Below, one piece after another: positions 29,091 to 39,300 of a stretch of 64,000 nt of DNA (position 1 is the stretch's first letter; each line of letters opens with the position of its first letter). The stretch spans positions 6,703-70,702 of the forward strand of contig CAIMDI010000010.1 of NCBI GenBank assembly GCA_903839695.1, written 5' to 3'. This stretch comes from Candidatus Tayloriibacteriota bacterium. Its GTDB lineage: Bacteria; Patescibacteriota; Minisyncoccia; Phycocordibacterales; PALSA-1337. The position numbers and the translations under genes are program-made. Below the pieces are notes generated by a model that worked only from the letters and a program-made list of their open reading frames with translations, was not told where the DNA came from and ran no database searches.

Positions 29091-31298
29091 ATGTATTTGA
29101 AGTCATTAGAGATTTCTGGATTTAAGTCCTTTGCTAAAAAGGCTACTTTAAATTTTACTTCACCGATTTCTTCTATAGTTGGTCCTAATGGCTCCGGCAA
29201 ATCAAATGTTGCTGAAGCTTTTCGTTTTGTCCTTGGTGAACAATCCATAAAATCTATGCGTGGAAAAAGAGGTGAAGATTTGATATTTAATGGAGGTGGA
29301 GATGGCGCAAGGGTTAATCGTGCTGGAGTAAAAGTTATTTTTGATAATTCAAAGAGAATGCTAAATGTTGACTTTGATGAAGTTGCTATTGAGCGTGTCG
29401 TGCACAGAGATAATTCAAATGAATATTTTATCAATGGCTCTCCAGTAAGATTGAGAGATATTGTGGAACTTTTAGCTCATGCACATATTGGTGCTTCTGG
29501 TCATCATATTATTTCTCAAGGAGAAGCTGATAGAATACTAAATGCTAATATTCGTGAGCGAAGGGAAATGATAGAAGATGCTTTAGGATTAAAGATTTAT
29601 CAATATAAAAAAGCTGAAAGTCAAAGAAAACTTGAAAAAACAGAAGAAAATATGAAATCTGTTGAGTCTTTAAGACGTGAAATTGCACCGCATTTAAAAT
29701 TTCTAAAAAAACAAGTTGAAAAAGTAGAAAAAGTTCAACAATTGAGAGAAGAATTAAGAAATTTATATAAAGAATATTTTAAAAGAGAAGAAACATATTT
29801 AAAAGATGAAAGAAAAAAGATTGATAATGAAAAAGATCCTTTAGTAAAGGAATTAGCACAACTTGATATTGAAATAGCTGAAGCAAGAAATATTCTTGAA
29901 AATTCAAAAAATCGTGATTCCAAAAGCGATGAGCTTATAAACTTAGAAGGATCATTGTATAAGATTAGAATTGAAAAGGATTCTGTTATGAGGGAAGTAG
30001 GAAAAATTGAAGGAGAAATATCATCAGGAAATCGTACTATTTCTAAAGAAAAGGAAAAGCAAGCGAGAGATGAATTTAAGACTATATATTTAAAGGACGT
30101 TGAGGAAATTGTAAATAGAGTTAGTTTAATAGACAGTTTAGATGAGATTAGGCAGATATTGTCTAGATTTATTTCTTCGCATAAAAATAAGGAGGACTCT
30201 GCTTTAATTGCTGAAATCGAAAAGGAAATTTCTGAATTAAAAAATAAAAAGAAAGATTTTGAAAATAATTTGATTAGAATTACTGATGAAGAAAAAGCTA
30301 GAACACTAGAGTACAATGAATTGCGTCAAAAAATCGAAAGAGAAAAGGATTCAAATAGAGATGCAGAAAAAAATGTATTTAGAATAATTGCTAGACAAAA
30401 TGAAGTTAGAGGAGTGTTAAATGGAGCTAGAACACGTGAAGAAAAGTTAATGTTTGAAGAAGAAGCTCATAAAAGAGAAATGCAAGAAGCATATGCTATT
30501 GTAGGTCGCGAAGCCTTGGATAATAAGGATCTTATCTTGTCTGATGAACCTCGTCCTTTACAATACGATAGATTAAAAAATATTGAAAAAATTAAAGTTC
30601 GTATTGAGGACTCTGGCGCAGGGAATAGTTTTGATATTTTAAAAGAGTATAAAGAAGTTGAGGAAAGAGATATTTTTCTTGCAAAGGAAATTCAAGATCT
30701 CGAAGTATCCAAAGTAAATTTAAATAATATGATTTCTGATTTAGATGCACGTATAGATATTGAATTTAAAGAAGGAATACTAAAAATTAATGCACAATTT
30801 CAACAATATTTTTCTCTGATGTTTGGTGGAGGTAATGCTGGATTAAATGTTATTAGAGAAAAAAAGAGATTGAAAAAATCTGACACCGATCTTTCGGCTG
30901 TACTTGCTGATAATGTTGAAAATATAATTGAAAATGAAGGTGAAGAGGGAATTGAAATAAATGTAAGTTTACCTAGAAAAAAGGTAAAGGGTCTCATGAT
31001 GCTTTCAGGAGGCGAAAGAGCACTTACCTCTATCGCTTTGCTTTTCGCTATTTCTCAAGTAAATCCACAACCTTTTATTATTCTTGATGAAACTGATGCT
31101 GCATTAGATGAGGCAAATTCTAGAAAATACGGTGATATGATTGCCAATCTATCGCAATATTCTCAATTAATACTTATTACTCACAATCGCGAGACAATGT
31201 CACGTGCAGGAGTATTGTACGGAGTAACAATGGGCGGAGATGGTGCTTCAAAATTATTATCAATTCAATTTGAAGAAGCTGTTCAAGTAGCAAAATAA
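29091..31298 (+). CDS. smc: SMC-family ATPase (short, no recognisable hinge)
   Basis: GFKSFA, GPNGSGKSN, IISQG, LSGGE, ILDETDAALD, ITH; located after rnc. Confidence 0.88.
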   Translation: MYLKSLEISGFKSFAKKATLNFTSPISSIVGPNGSGKSNVAEAFRFVLGEQSIKSMRGKRGEDLIFNGGGDGARVNRAGVKVIFDNSKRMLNVDFDEVAIERVVHRDNSNEYFINGSPVRLRDIVELLAHAHIGASGHHIISQGEADRILNANIRERREMIEDALGLKIYQYKKAESQRKLEKTEENMKSVESLRREIAPHLKFLKKQVEKVEKVQQLREELRNLYKEYFKREETYLKDERKKIDNEKDPLVKELAQLDIEIAEARNILENSKNRDSKSDELINLEGSLYKIRIEKDSVMREVGKIEGEISSGNRTISKEKEKQARDEFKTIYLKDVEEIVNRVSLIDSLDEIRQILSRFISSHKNKEDSALIAEIEKEISELKNKKKDFENNLIRITDEEKARTLEYNELRQKIEREKDSNRDAEKNVFRIIARQNEVRGVLNGARTREEKLMFEEEAHKREMQEAYAIVGREALDNKDLILSDEPRPLQYDRLKNIEKIKVRIEDSGAGNSFDILKEYKEVEERDIFLAKEIQDLEVSKVNLNNMISDLDARIDIEFKEGILKINAQFQQYFSLMFGGGNAGLNVIREKKRLKKSDTDLSAVLADNVENIIENEGEEGIEINVSLPRKKVKGLMMLSGGERALTSIALLFAISQVNPQPFIILDETDAALDEANSRKYGDMIANLSQYSQLILITHNRETMSRAGVLYGVTMGGDGASKLLSIQFEEAVQVAK

Positions 31299-31325
31299 AA
31301 GTAAAAATTTATATTATTTTATATG

Positions 31326-33272
31326 CTAATTAACTTTTGCAAAATCAAGAGTTTTTTTGTCTAAATCTGCGGACATTACTTTAAATTTGATAGCATCACC
31401 TAAAGTAAATTTATTTTTTGTTTTCTGACCAACTATAGAATATGTTTTACTGTTAAATTCGTAATAATCGTCACCAATATCGCGGATTTTTATCATTCCT
31501 TCAGATTTTGTTTCATTTTCTTCTACATATAATCCCCATTCAGTAACTCCAGATATTTTACCTTCAAAAACTTGACCAACTTTATCAGACATATATTCAA
31601 CTTGTTTCAATTTCTTTGATTCTCTTTCAGCAATAGAAGCATCAATTTCTCTCGCTGTAGACTTTTCTGCTATGTTTTGGAATTGTACTATTTCGGTATC
31701 TCCAAAGGGTTCATTATGCAAATGTCTTTGAAGAATTCTTTGAATTAGTAAATCAGGATATCTTCTTATTGGAGATGTAAAATGAGTGTAATATTCAAAA
31801 GCTAAGCCGAAATGGCCTATGTTTTTCGTTGAATAAACAGCTTTTTGCATAGATCTTATAACTGCTGTGCTAATTAATGCCTCATGAACAGTGCCTGAGA
31901 TTTGCTTTAATAGGGATTTTATATCATGTGCAGTAACTTTTCCATTTTTTGTTTCCAATTTGTATCCGAGAGCTTTTACGAAATTTGATAAATCTAACAT
32001 TCTTTCTTGATCAGGAATATCATGTATTCTGTAAATCGAACCCGTGTCTTTTTTGCCTTTCTTTTTTATGGAGTCAAAAATATGTTTGGCAACTTCGCGA
32101 TTTGCTAAAAGCATGTATTCTTCAACAAGTTTGTGTGTATCAAGTCTCGGTTTTTTGTAAACACCTACAGGCTTGCCGTTTTCATCTAGTTTAAATTTGA
32201 TTTCTTCTTGCTCAAATTCTATTGCACCTTTTCTAAATTTTTCTTTTTGAAGATTTTTGGCAATGTAATTTAACTTATCTAGCTCGGTAAAATATTGACC
32301 AGATTTTGTATTTAATGAATCTTGAGCGTCTTCATAAGTAAATCTATGATTTGAATTGATAATTGATTTACCAAAGCCTCTTTCTATTACATGGCCACTA
32401 TTATTCATTGTAAACCAAGCTGAAAAGGTTAATTTGTCTTCATTTGGGTTTAAACTGCAGACGTCATTTGATAATACTTCAGGAAGCATGGGTATAGTGC
32501 GATCCACTAGATAAATTGAGCAACCTCGTTTAAAGGCTTCTTTGTCTAAAGCTGATCCTTCCTTTACATAATGACTAACATCAGCAATATGTACGCCAAT
32601 TTCATATTTACCTCCTTCTAATACTTTAAATGAAATCGCATCGTCAAAATCCTTGGCATCAAATGGGTCGATTGTAAAAGTAAGTGTATTTCTAAAGTCC
32701 TTTCTTTTTGGTATTTCAGACTCGATATCAGAAATTTTATTTCTACTAATTTCGCTGGCTTCATTTTCAACTGATACAGGGAAGTCAATTTCAAATCCTT
32801 TTTCCAGAACTATACTTTCCATTTCAGCATTATTATTTCCTTTTTTACCAATTACTTTTATTAATTTTCCTGTTGGATTTTTCTTTGAATCAGTCCATTC
32901 ATTCATTTTTACAAAGACTTTATCACCAATAGATATTTTGTTTATATCGCTTTGCTCTAAAACAATAGATGCATAAGCCTTTTTGTCATCTGGGTATGCT
33001 GTCAAAACTCCTTCACGACTATCTATAGTACAAACAAAAGTATCGCGATTTCTTTCAACTACTTTTATTACTTCTGCAGACAACTGACCATATGAATTTT
33101 TCTTACCAATTTTAATTTCAACCGTATCACCATTTAATGCTGTATTTAGAAAACCAACATCTATCATAATGTCCTTTTCTGTGTTTTTGGGGTCTTTAAC
33201 AAAGCCCATACCCTTACGATTGGTCATTATAATTCCAATCAATGTATTGGCCCCTGTTTTTTGCTTTTTCAT
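31326..33272 (-). CDS. rnr: ribonuclease R
   Basis: TIDPFDAKDFDDA, HFTSPIRRYPD, C-terminal S1 domain; start moved to MKKQKT to avoid overlapping rpsP. Confidence 0.95.
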   Translation of the reverse strand: MKKQKTGANTLIGIIMTNRKGMGFVKDPKNTEKDIMIDVGFLNTALNGDTVEIKIGKKNSYGQLSAEVIKVVERNRDTFVCTIDSREGVLTAYPDDKKAYASIVLEQSDINKISIGDKVFVKMNEWTDSKKNPTGKLIKVIGKKGNNNAEMESIVLEKGFEIDFPVSVENEASEISRNKISDIESEIPKRKDFRNTLTFTIDPFDAKDFDDAISFKVLEGGKYEIGVHIADVSHYVKEGSALDKEAFKRGCSIYLVDRTIPMLPEVLSNDVCSLNPNEDKLTFSAWFTMNNSGHVIERGFGKSIINSNHRFTYEDAQDSLNTKSGQYFTELDKLNYIAKNLQKEKFRKGAIEFEQEEIKFKLDENGKPVGVYKKPRLDTHKLVEEYMLLANREVAKHIFDSIKKKGKKDTGSIYRIHDIPDQERMLDLSNFVKALGYKLETKNGKVTAHDIKSLLKQISGTVHEALISTAVIRSMQKAVYSTKNIGHFGLAFEYYTHFTSPIRRYPDLLIQRILQRHLHNEPFGDTEIVQFQNIAEKSTAREIDASIAERESKKLKQVEYMSDKVGQVFEGKISGVTEWGLYVEENETKSEGMIKIRDIGDDYYEFNSKTYSIVGQKTKNKFTLGDAIKFKVMSADLDKKTLDFAKVN

Positions 33273-33327
33273 TCGAATACTATAACCCATATTGCCTTTT
33301 TTTAATAGGTCTGGTAGTATAGCCCCT

Positions 33328-33699
33328 ATGTTAATGATTCGATTACAACGAGTAGGAAGAAAGCACGAACCAGTTTTTCGTCTTGTTTTGACTGACTCAA
33401 AAAATGGTCCAAAGAGTGGTAAATATCTAGAAGTACTAGGTTCATATGATCCACGCTTAGATAATAAGATTGAGAATTTCAATATTCCTAAAATAAAGCT
33501 ACATATATCAAATGGTGCTAAACTTTCAAATACCGTTTTCAATTTCCTAGTAACAAAGAAAATCCTTGAAGGAAAAAAGATCAACGCTTTACCAAAAAGA
33601 ACACCTATCAAAAAAGAAGAAGCTAAAGTAGAAGAAAAAAAGGCAGTAGAAGCTCCCGTAGTGGATTCAACTCCAGTAGAAGCTCCAGTTCAAGCATAG
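33328..33699 (+). CDS. rpsP: 30S ribosomal protein S16
   Basis: MIRLQRVGRK, EVLGSYDP. Confidence 0.96.
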   Translation: MLMIRLQRVGRKHEPVFRLVLTDSKNGPKSGKYLEVLGSYDPRLDNKIENFNIPKIKLHISNGAKLSNTVFNFLVTKKILEGKKINALPKRTPIKKEEAKVEEKKAVEAPVVDSTPVEAPVQA

Positions 33700-33809
33700 T
33701 ATTTTAAGAAAATACACTTAACTGTGCAAAACTCATTTTGATTCTTTAACTCATCACGGTACAATATGTATCGTAGTTGTTTGATTATAAGATAATAAGT
33801 AAAACAGAT

Positions 33810-34136
33810 ATGAACAGTAATAATGATCAGCAGTTTCTAGAGTTTGTGGTTAAGTCATTGGTAGAAAATCCAAATGACGTAAAAATCGCAAGAACCGTAG
33901 ATGAGATGGGCGTTCTAATGACATTATCAGTAAATGCAGCAGATATGGGTAAAGTTATCGGTAGAGCAGGAAATACTGCAAAAGCTATCAGAACTTTACT
34001 AAGAGTTGTTGGAATGAAAAATAACTCTAGAGTTAATCTAAAGATTAACGAACCAGAGGGAGGATTGAAGTCAGTACCTATGGTAGAAAAAGCTTCAAAA
34101 ACAGTAGATGAAGCGATGGCAGATTTAAAGATTTAA
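33810..34136 (+). CDS. khpA: KH-domain RNA-binding protein (KhpA/YlqC)
   Basis: DMGKVIGRAGNTAKAIRTLL; lies between rpsP and trmD. Confidence 0.9.
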   Translation: MNSNNDQQFLEFVVKSLVENPNDVKIARTVDEMGVLMTLSVNAADMGKVIGRAGNTAKAIRTLLRVVGMKNNSRVNLKINEPEGGLKSVPMVEKASKTVDEAMADLKI

Positions 34137-34154
34137 TTTTAAAAGTGACAATCT

Positions 34155-34190
34155 TAAAAAAACGTGATAATATAAAATCACGTTTTTTTA
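34155..34190 (+). terminator. probable intrinsic terminator
   Basis: TAAAAAAACGTGAT...ATCACGTTTTTTTA inverted repeat. Confidence 0.65.
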
Positions 34191-34202
34191 ATTAGCAAAT
34201 CA

Positions 34203-34874
34203 ATGAATTATCATATTATTTCACTATTTCCGCAATCTTTTGATTCATATATTTCTGAATCTATTCTTAAGCGTGCACAAGAGAATAAAAAAATAAAAAT
34301 TAAATTCTATAATCCTCGTGATTTCACAATCGCTTCAGGCAAAGGGAAAAAACAAAGTTACTCTGATCGTCGTGTAGACGATAAACCTTATGGTGGCGGA
34401 CCCGGTATGGTCATAGAGGCCCTTCCTGTGATAAAAGCCATTGCAAAAGCAGTAGGTAAAAAATCAAATAAAAAGAAGGTTAAAATTGTGTGGTTTACGC
34501 CTTCAGGGAAACAATTTGATACAACTTATGCAAAGGAATTGGCTGTAAAATATACTGATATTGTATTTGTATGCGGTCGCTATGAAGGTATAGATGCCAG
34601 AGTTAAATCTGCTTTTAAAATGGATGAAATATCTATTGGCCCTTTTATTCTTACTGGAGGGGAATTGCCTGCTATGTTATTGATTGATTCTATTTCAAGA
34701 CAAATTTCTGGAGTATTAGGTGACAACACCTCTCTCGAAGAAAATCGTATTGCTTGTTCAGATGTATATACACGTCCAGAAGTAGTAGAATATAAAGGAA
34801 AGAAATATAAAGTACCAAAAGTCCTTCTTTCTGGTAATCACAAACTCATTGATGAATGGAAAAAAAATAAATAA
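34203..34874 (+). CDS. trmD: tRNA (guanine37-N1)-methyltransferase
   Basis: DDKPYGGGPGM, CGRYEGID, GGELPA, LLSGNH. Confidence 0.97.
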   Translation: MNYHIISLFPQSFDSYISESILKRAQENKKIKIKFYNPRDFTIASGKGKKQSYSDRRVDDKPYGGGPGMVIEALPVIKAIAKAVGKKSNKKKVKIVWFTPSGKQFDTTYAKELAVKYTDIVFVCGRYEGIDARVKSAFKMDEISIGPFILTGGELPAMLLIDSISRQISGVLGDNTSLEENRIACSDVYTRPEVVEYKGKKYKVPKVLLSGNHKLIDEWKKNK

Positions 34875-35847
34875 TAAGATAATAATATTAAGTATTTTAT
34901 CTATACTACTTATATTATTTATATTATTTTTTGCAAAAAATAATCCTAAAGTTATTTCTATTGAAAATACAAAAATATATCCAGAAAAAGAAATAATCAA
35001 AAAAGTAAAAACTGAAAGTGTTAAAATAATTATTGTTGGAGACATGATGCTCGATAGAAATGTCAGAAATATCATAAACAAAAAAGGATTCGATTACTTC
35101 TTTTCTGGTGTAAAGGATATTATAAATAATGCTGATATTGCAGTGGCAAATCTTGAAGGGCCTTTCACAGACAATCCCTCAAAGACAAATATTCCACATA
35201 GTAAAAGTCTACAATTTACATTTGATACAAAATTAGCTAAGGAATTGGCAGATTTTGGCTTTGATATTCTTGGTCTTTCCAATAATCATACAAAAAACTT
35301 TGGAAATGAAGGTTTTGAAATGACAAAAAAAGTAATAAGTAGTTCCAGTATGCTTTATTATGGAGATCCAGATAATAAAAGTGAAAATAGTGTAATAATT
35401 GAAAAAAATAACATTAAAATTGGTTTTGTTGGTTTTCATGAATTTACTTATGTAAATTTTGATAAAGTAATTTCTGAAATTAAAGCAATTAGAGAAAAAG
35501 TAGATGTACTTATCGTTACTCCACATTGGGGTGTCGAATACAATAGTCAACCAACAGAAAAGCAAATCAAATTAGCAAAAGAATTCATAGATAATGGTGC
35601 AGATATCGTAGTTGGCACACATTCACATATTATAGGAGATATTGGAGAGTATAATAATAAAAAAATATATTATTCACTAGGGAACTTTGCATTTGATCAA
35701 TATTTCTCGAAAGAAACAATGACAGGAATGGGACTACAAATAGAAGCTAAAAAGGGTGTAAATGGTATCGAGCTTGATTATAAGCAAATTCTATTTGAAA
35801 TTGATACTAAAGGAGTTCGTGCTGTAGACAAACAATATTCACTATAA
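34849..35847 (+). CDS. CapA family (poly-gamma-glutamate synthesis-like) metallophosphoesterase
   Basis: GDMMLDR, NLEG, SNNH, HWGVEY, GADIVVGTHSH, YSLGNFAFDQ. Confidence 0.92.
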   Translation: MMNGKKINNKIIILSILSILLILFILFFAKNNPKVISIENTKIYPEKEIIKKVKTESVKIIIVGDMMLDRNVRNIINKKGFDYFFSGVKDIINNADIAVANLEGPFTDNPSKTNIPHSKSLQFTFDTKLAKELADFGFDILGLSNNHTKNFGNEGFEMTKKVISSSSMLYYGDPDNKSENSVIIEKNNIKIGFVGFHEFTYVNFDKVISEIKAIREKVDVLIVTPHWGVEYNSQPTEKQIKLAKEFIDNGADIVVGTHSHIIGDIGEYNNKKIYYSLGNFAFDQYFSKETMTGMGLQIEAKKGVNGIELDYKQILFEIDTKGVRAVDKQYSL

Positions 35848-35901
35848 GCAATGGTAAAAATCATGTTATAATAATTAGCATATTATTAATAACATATTTA
35901 T

Positions 35902-37800
35902 ATGATAACTATCTTTTTTTTAATTGTAATTATTTTTGTAATAATTTTCTTTAATAGCAAAATTTCTACATTAGAGGAAAAGGTTGATTCACTTATAAAT
36001 AAATACAATTCTACAAAAGTAAATCAAAGCGTGGCTACGCCCGTAGTACCTTCTATGGCACAGAGTTCTATTTATGGAATCCCCACGACCACGACAGCGC
36101 CCACACCAATACCTGTACCTATGCCTATTGCTGATAATATATCTAAAACTTCAGGAGAAGAACAAAGTGGTAAAATGCTGGGAAAGATTGGAGTTGCTGC
36201 TATTTTGTTGGCTGGTGCATTCTTCCTAAAGGATGTTCCAGATGAAGGTAAAGTTGGTATTGGCATATTAGTTGGGCTTGTTTTTATTGGCTTAGGATAT
36301 TTTTTGAAAACTAAATATAGAGGATACGCACATTTACTTATGGGTGGAGGAATTTCTGTTTTGTATTTATCGATTTTTGCAGCCACCACTTTATTTAAAA
36401 TGATAAATCCTCAATTCGGTTTCTTTTTGATGATATTTATTACAGCTGTGGCAGTAATTATTAGTCTTGTTGAGGATTCAAAAAAACTTGCTGTTCTCTC
36501 AGCTTTAGGTGGTTTTGTTACTCCTATACTTATAACTACAGTAATGGCCGATTATACTTTATTGCTTAGTTATTTATTGATTTTAGATATAGGCATACTT
36601 GTTATTTCAGCAAAGAAAAAGTGGAATATTTTATATCACACAGGTTTCTGGGGTACAGTACTTATATATTCTGTATGGCATATTGCCAATTATAATTTAG
36701 AAATAATGTATAGTGTGCTATTTTTCCTAACCGCATACTTTATTGTGTTTTTACTTTCAAGTATATTTCATCATTTTATTAGAAAGGAGAAATCTAGTCC
36801 TTCTGATGCTTTGGCAATAAGTTTAAACGCTGGAATGTATTTTATGATGGGTTATAACATTCTATTTCCAACATACCATGATAATTTGGGTTATTTTGCT
36901 CTTGTTTTAGCTGTTGTTTATGCAATTACAGCCAATTTGTCATTTAATGTGATGAGAGATGATAAAATATTAAATTACTTCCTCACTGGAATATCCGTGG
37001 TTTTCCTTTCTATAGCCGTTCCATTACAATTCTCAAATGAATGGATAACTTTAGCTTGGTTAATGGAGGCATTGATTCTGTATATCATTTCATTTAGTTT
37101 GGGGCATAAAGCATTAAGAGTTTTTGCTGGTGTAGTATTTTCTTTAGGAATTATTAGAGTGTTATTCTATGATGGTATTTTGAATTATGCTTATACCAAT
37201 ATTAATACACATGCATTTGTGAACTTCGGTTTCGTATTGTTAATGATTTCAGTGATGATTGCTTATGTCGTACAATATTTATATCACAAATTTGATAATG
37301 TAGAAGACTTGAGTGTTAAAAAAATAATAATGTATTTCGTGCTTACTGCAAATATTCTTACGGTTGTTGGTATTACTTCACAAATATACTTATATTATGA
37401 AAATAGCACTCTGATTTTATCTAGAGACTATGAAGCTAAAGTTAAAGTTATCAATAATAGCGGTGGTGATGAATATTCTCAGGATAAAAATGATATATTA
37501 AATCAAAATTATGCAACTATGTATAAAAGTGTTACAGATTTGAATAATCAAAGAAATACAGTGGTTTCAGTATTTTGGATCATTTACGCTGTTATTCTAA
37601 TAGGAATAGGCTTCTCAAATAAAGTAAAATTACTAAGAATTCTAGGATTAGCATTCTTTGTTATAATAGCTGTAAAGATTTTCTTCGATGTATGGGGATT
37701 AGGTACTCAATACAGAGTTATATCATTGGTTGTGTTTGGAGTAGTGGCATTGCTTGCATCATTTGGTTACGCAAAATATAAAGATAAAATAATAAATTAA
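35902..37800 (+). CDS. DUF2339-like polytopic membrane protein
   Basis: Many TM helices; GGGISVLYLSIFAA, GGFVTPIL; C-terminal KIFFDVW..YRVISL. Confidence 0.82.
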   Translation: MITIFFLIVIIFVIIFFNSKISTLEEKVDSLINKYNSTKVNQSVATPVVPSMAQSSIYGIPTTTTAPTPIPVPMPIADNISKTSGEEQSGKMLGKIGVAAILLAGAFFLKDVPDEGKVGIGILVGLVFIGLGYFLKTKYRGYAHLLMGGGISVLYLSIFAATTLFKMINPQFGFFLMIFITAVAVIISLVEDSKKLAVLSALGGFVTPILITTVMADYTLLLSYLLILDIGILVISAKKKWNILYHTGFWGTVLIYSVWHIANYNLEIMYSVLFFLTAYFIVFLLSSIFHHFIRKEKSSPSDALAISLNAGMYFMMGYNILFPTYHDNLGYFALVLAVVYAITANLSFNVMRDDKILNYFLTGISVVFLSIAVPLQFSNEWITLAWLMEALILYIISFSLGHKALRVFAGVVFSLGIIRVLFYDGILNYAYTNINTHAFVNFGFVLLMISVMIAYVVQYLYHKFDNVEDLSVKKIIMYFVLTANILTVVGITSQIYLYYENSTLILSRDYEAKVKVINNSGGDEYSQDKNDILNQNYATMYKSVTDLNNQRNTVVSVFWIIYAVILIGIGFSNKVKLLRILGLAFFVIIAVKIFFDVWGLGTQYRVISLVVFGVVALLASFGYAKYKDKIIN

Positions 37801-39087
37801 ATGAAAAAAACATTTCTAATTGCAATAGTATTCTTTCTATCAATCAGTATCACTTATGCAGAATTCAATATTTCAAATTGGAAATATTTTAAAAGCATGT
37901 CTGTGCCCACTGATTTAAATTCAACTTATTCCAAGAAAATTATTGATAATGACATTTACTCTCATTCTAATTTGCAGGATTTAAGAATTATTGATTCAAA
38001 TAAAGCTGAAATTCCATACAAAATAGTAGAAGAGAAAGATATTAATTATCAAAAAAATATTTATGCAGATGTTTTTGACTCCTCAGTGTCTGGCAATCAA
38101 TCGATGGCAATATTTGATACTAAAATAGACTCAAACAAGGCAAATTCCTTACATTCATCAATAACCCTATCTTTAATTGGAAAAAATTATAAAAGAAAAG
38201 TATCTATTTTTGCTTCAGATAAGAAAATTGCTCACGGTGATGCTGGCTGGAGATTAATAAATTCAAATGGTTATATTTTCAATTTCTATGACTCTGTGAC
38301 TGGATTTAACTCTGGAAATAAGACAATAAACTATTCAAAGACTACTGCAAGATATATTAGAGTGCTCATTTCCGATGGAGAAGGTGAGTTACCGCAGATA
38401 AATGGAGCAAATGTGGCTGAAAACTTAACAAATACAGCTAAAATTGAAAGTGATGAATATCCATTAATAATAAAAAATAATTTATTAAATAAAACAACCG
38501 AGCTAACAGTTGATTTGAAGGCTGATAGAATACCTGCAAGTAAAATAATACTTTCAACATCTGATAAAAACTGGAATAGACATGCTGTTTTAGAAACTTC
38601 AAATACAGAAAATGGTCCTTGGACAATGATTGCTGAGGATTATTTGTATTCAATAAATCAAACTCTATATACAGGAACTAAGACCTTTATTGATTTTAAT
38701 GAATCAAAAAGCAGGTTTTTAAGAATTGTAGTTTCAAATTATGATAATGCACCGGTTAATTTTGATTCTAAAATTGCTGTTTTGAGAAATCAGAAATCTA
38801 TTGTGTACAAAGCTACTGATTATCCATCAAAACTATATTACGGAAATGATAAAGCAATTAGTCCTCAATATGATATTGAAAAATTACTTTCATATACTGA
38901 TCAAAATGAAATGATAAGTACAAAGTTAGGGCCAGAAGAAATAAATGCTGATTATATTGCACCAAAAGCACCAGAAAAGACTTTTACAGAAAAGTATCCA
39001 CAAGCATTAAATATTATTCTCGTAATTATGGTGCTTTTGTTAGCTGGCTTCATGTTTATGACTGTTAGAGGTGCAAAAAGTAAATAG
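37801..39087 (+). CDS. DUF3999-like exported protein
   Basis: Signal peptide, DLRIID..EIPY, NYDNAP, LYYGN..PQYD, C-terminal TM; directly follows the DUF2339 gene. Confidence 0.72.
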   Translation: MKKTFLIAIVFFLSISITYAEFNISNWKYFKSMSVPTDLNSTYSKKIIDNDIYSHSNLQDLRIIDSNKAEIPYKIVEEKDINYQKNIYADVFDSSVSGNQSMAIFDTKIDSNKANSLHSSITLSLIGKNYKRKVSIFASDKKIAHGDAGWRLINSNGYIFNFYDSVTGFNSGNKTINYSKTTARYIRVLISDGEGELPQINGANVAENLTNTAKIESDEYPLIIKNNLLNKTTELTVDLKADRIPASKIILSTSDKNWNRHAVLETSNTENGPWTMIAEDYLYSINQTLYTGTKTFIDFNESKSRFLRIVVSNYDNAPVNFDSKIAVLRNQKSIVYKATDYPSKLYYGNDKAISPQYDIEKLLSYTDQNEMISTKLGPEEINADYIAPKAPEKTFTEKYPQALNIILVIMVLLLAGFMFMTVRGAKSK

Positions 39088-39096
39088 TGTCGGCTA

Positions 39097-39300
39097 TTGA
39101 CTATTTTTCACATTCTGATAAGCTCATAACCAACTTCATCGATTGTGTTGCGACTAAATAATGAAGGATTACAAGGCTTTAAATTGATCCTTATTTTGCA
39201 ACTACTACTTACTACACTATTTTAGTAGCTAGAACGCCCTTTACAGGCGTTATTTTTCGTTGTTTAAATTGAGGAATATTATTAATAATAAATAATTTTT
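39097..39300 (+). promoter_or_regulatory. rpoBC promoter and structured leader with a terminator-like hairpin
   Basis: TTGACT-16-(TGa)TAAGCT; stems GTTGC/GCAAC and AAGGAT/ATCCTT; AACGCC/GGCGTT + ATTTTT. Confidence 0.65.

Noticed and set aside
29735-30316. 193-aa antisense ORF within smc, and many similar short antisense ORFs in the track
   Set aside because: Ser/Phe/Leu-rich mirror of Glu/Lys-rich sense codons; not independent genes
33273-33611. 113-aa N-terminal extension of RNase R in the ORF track
   Set aside because: It overlaps rpsP on the opposite strand; a promoter-supported start exists at 33272
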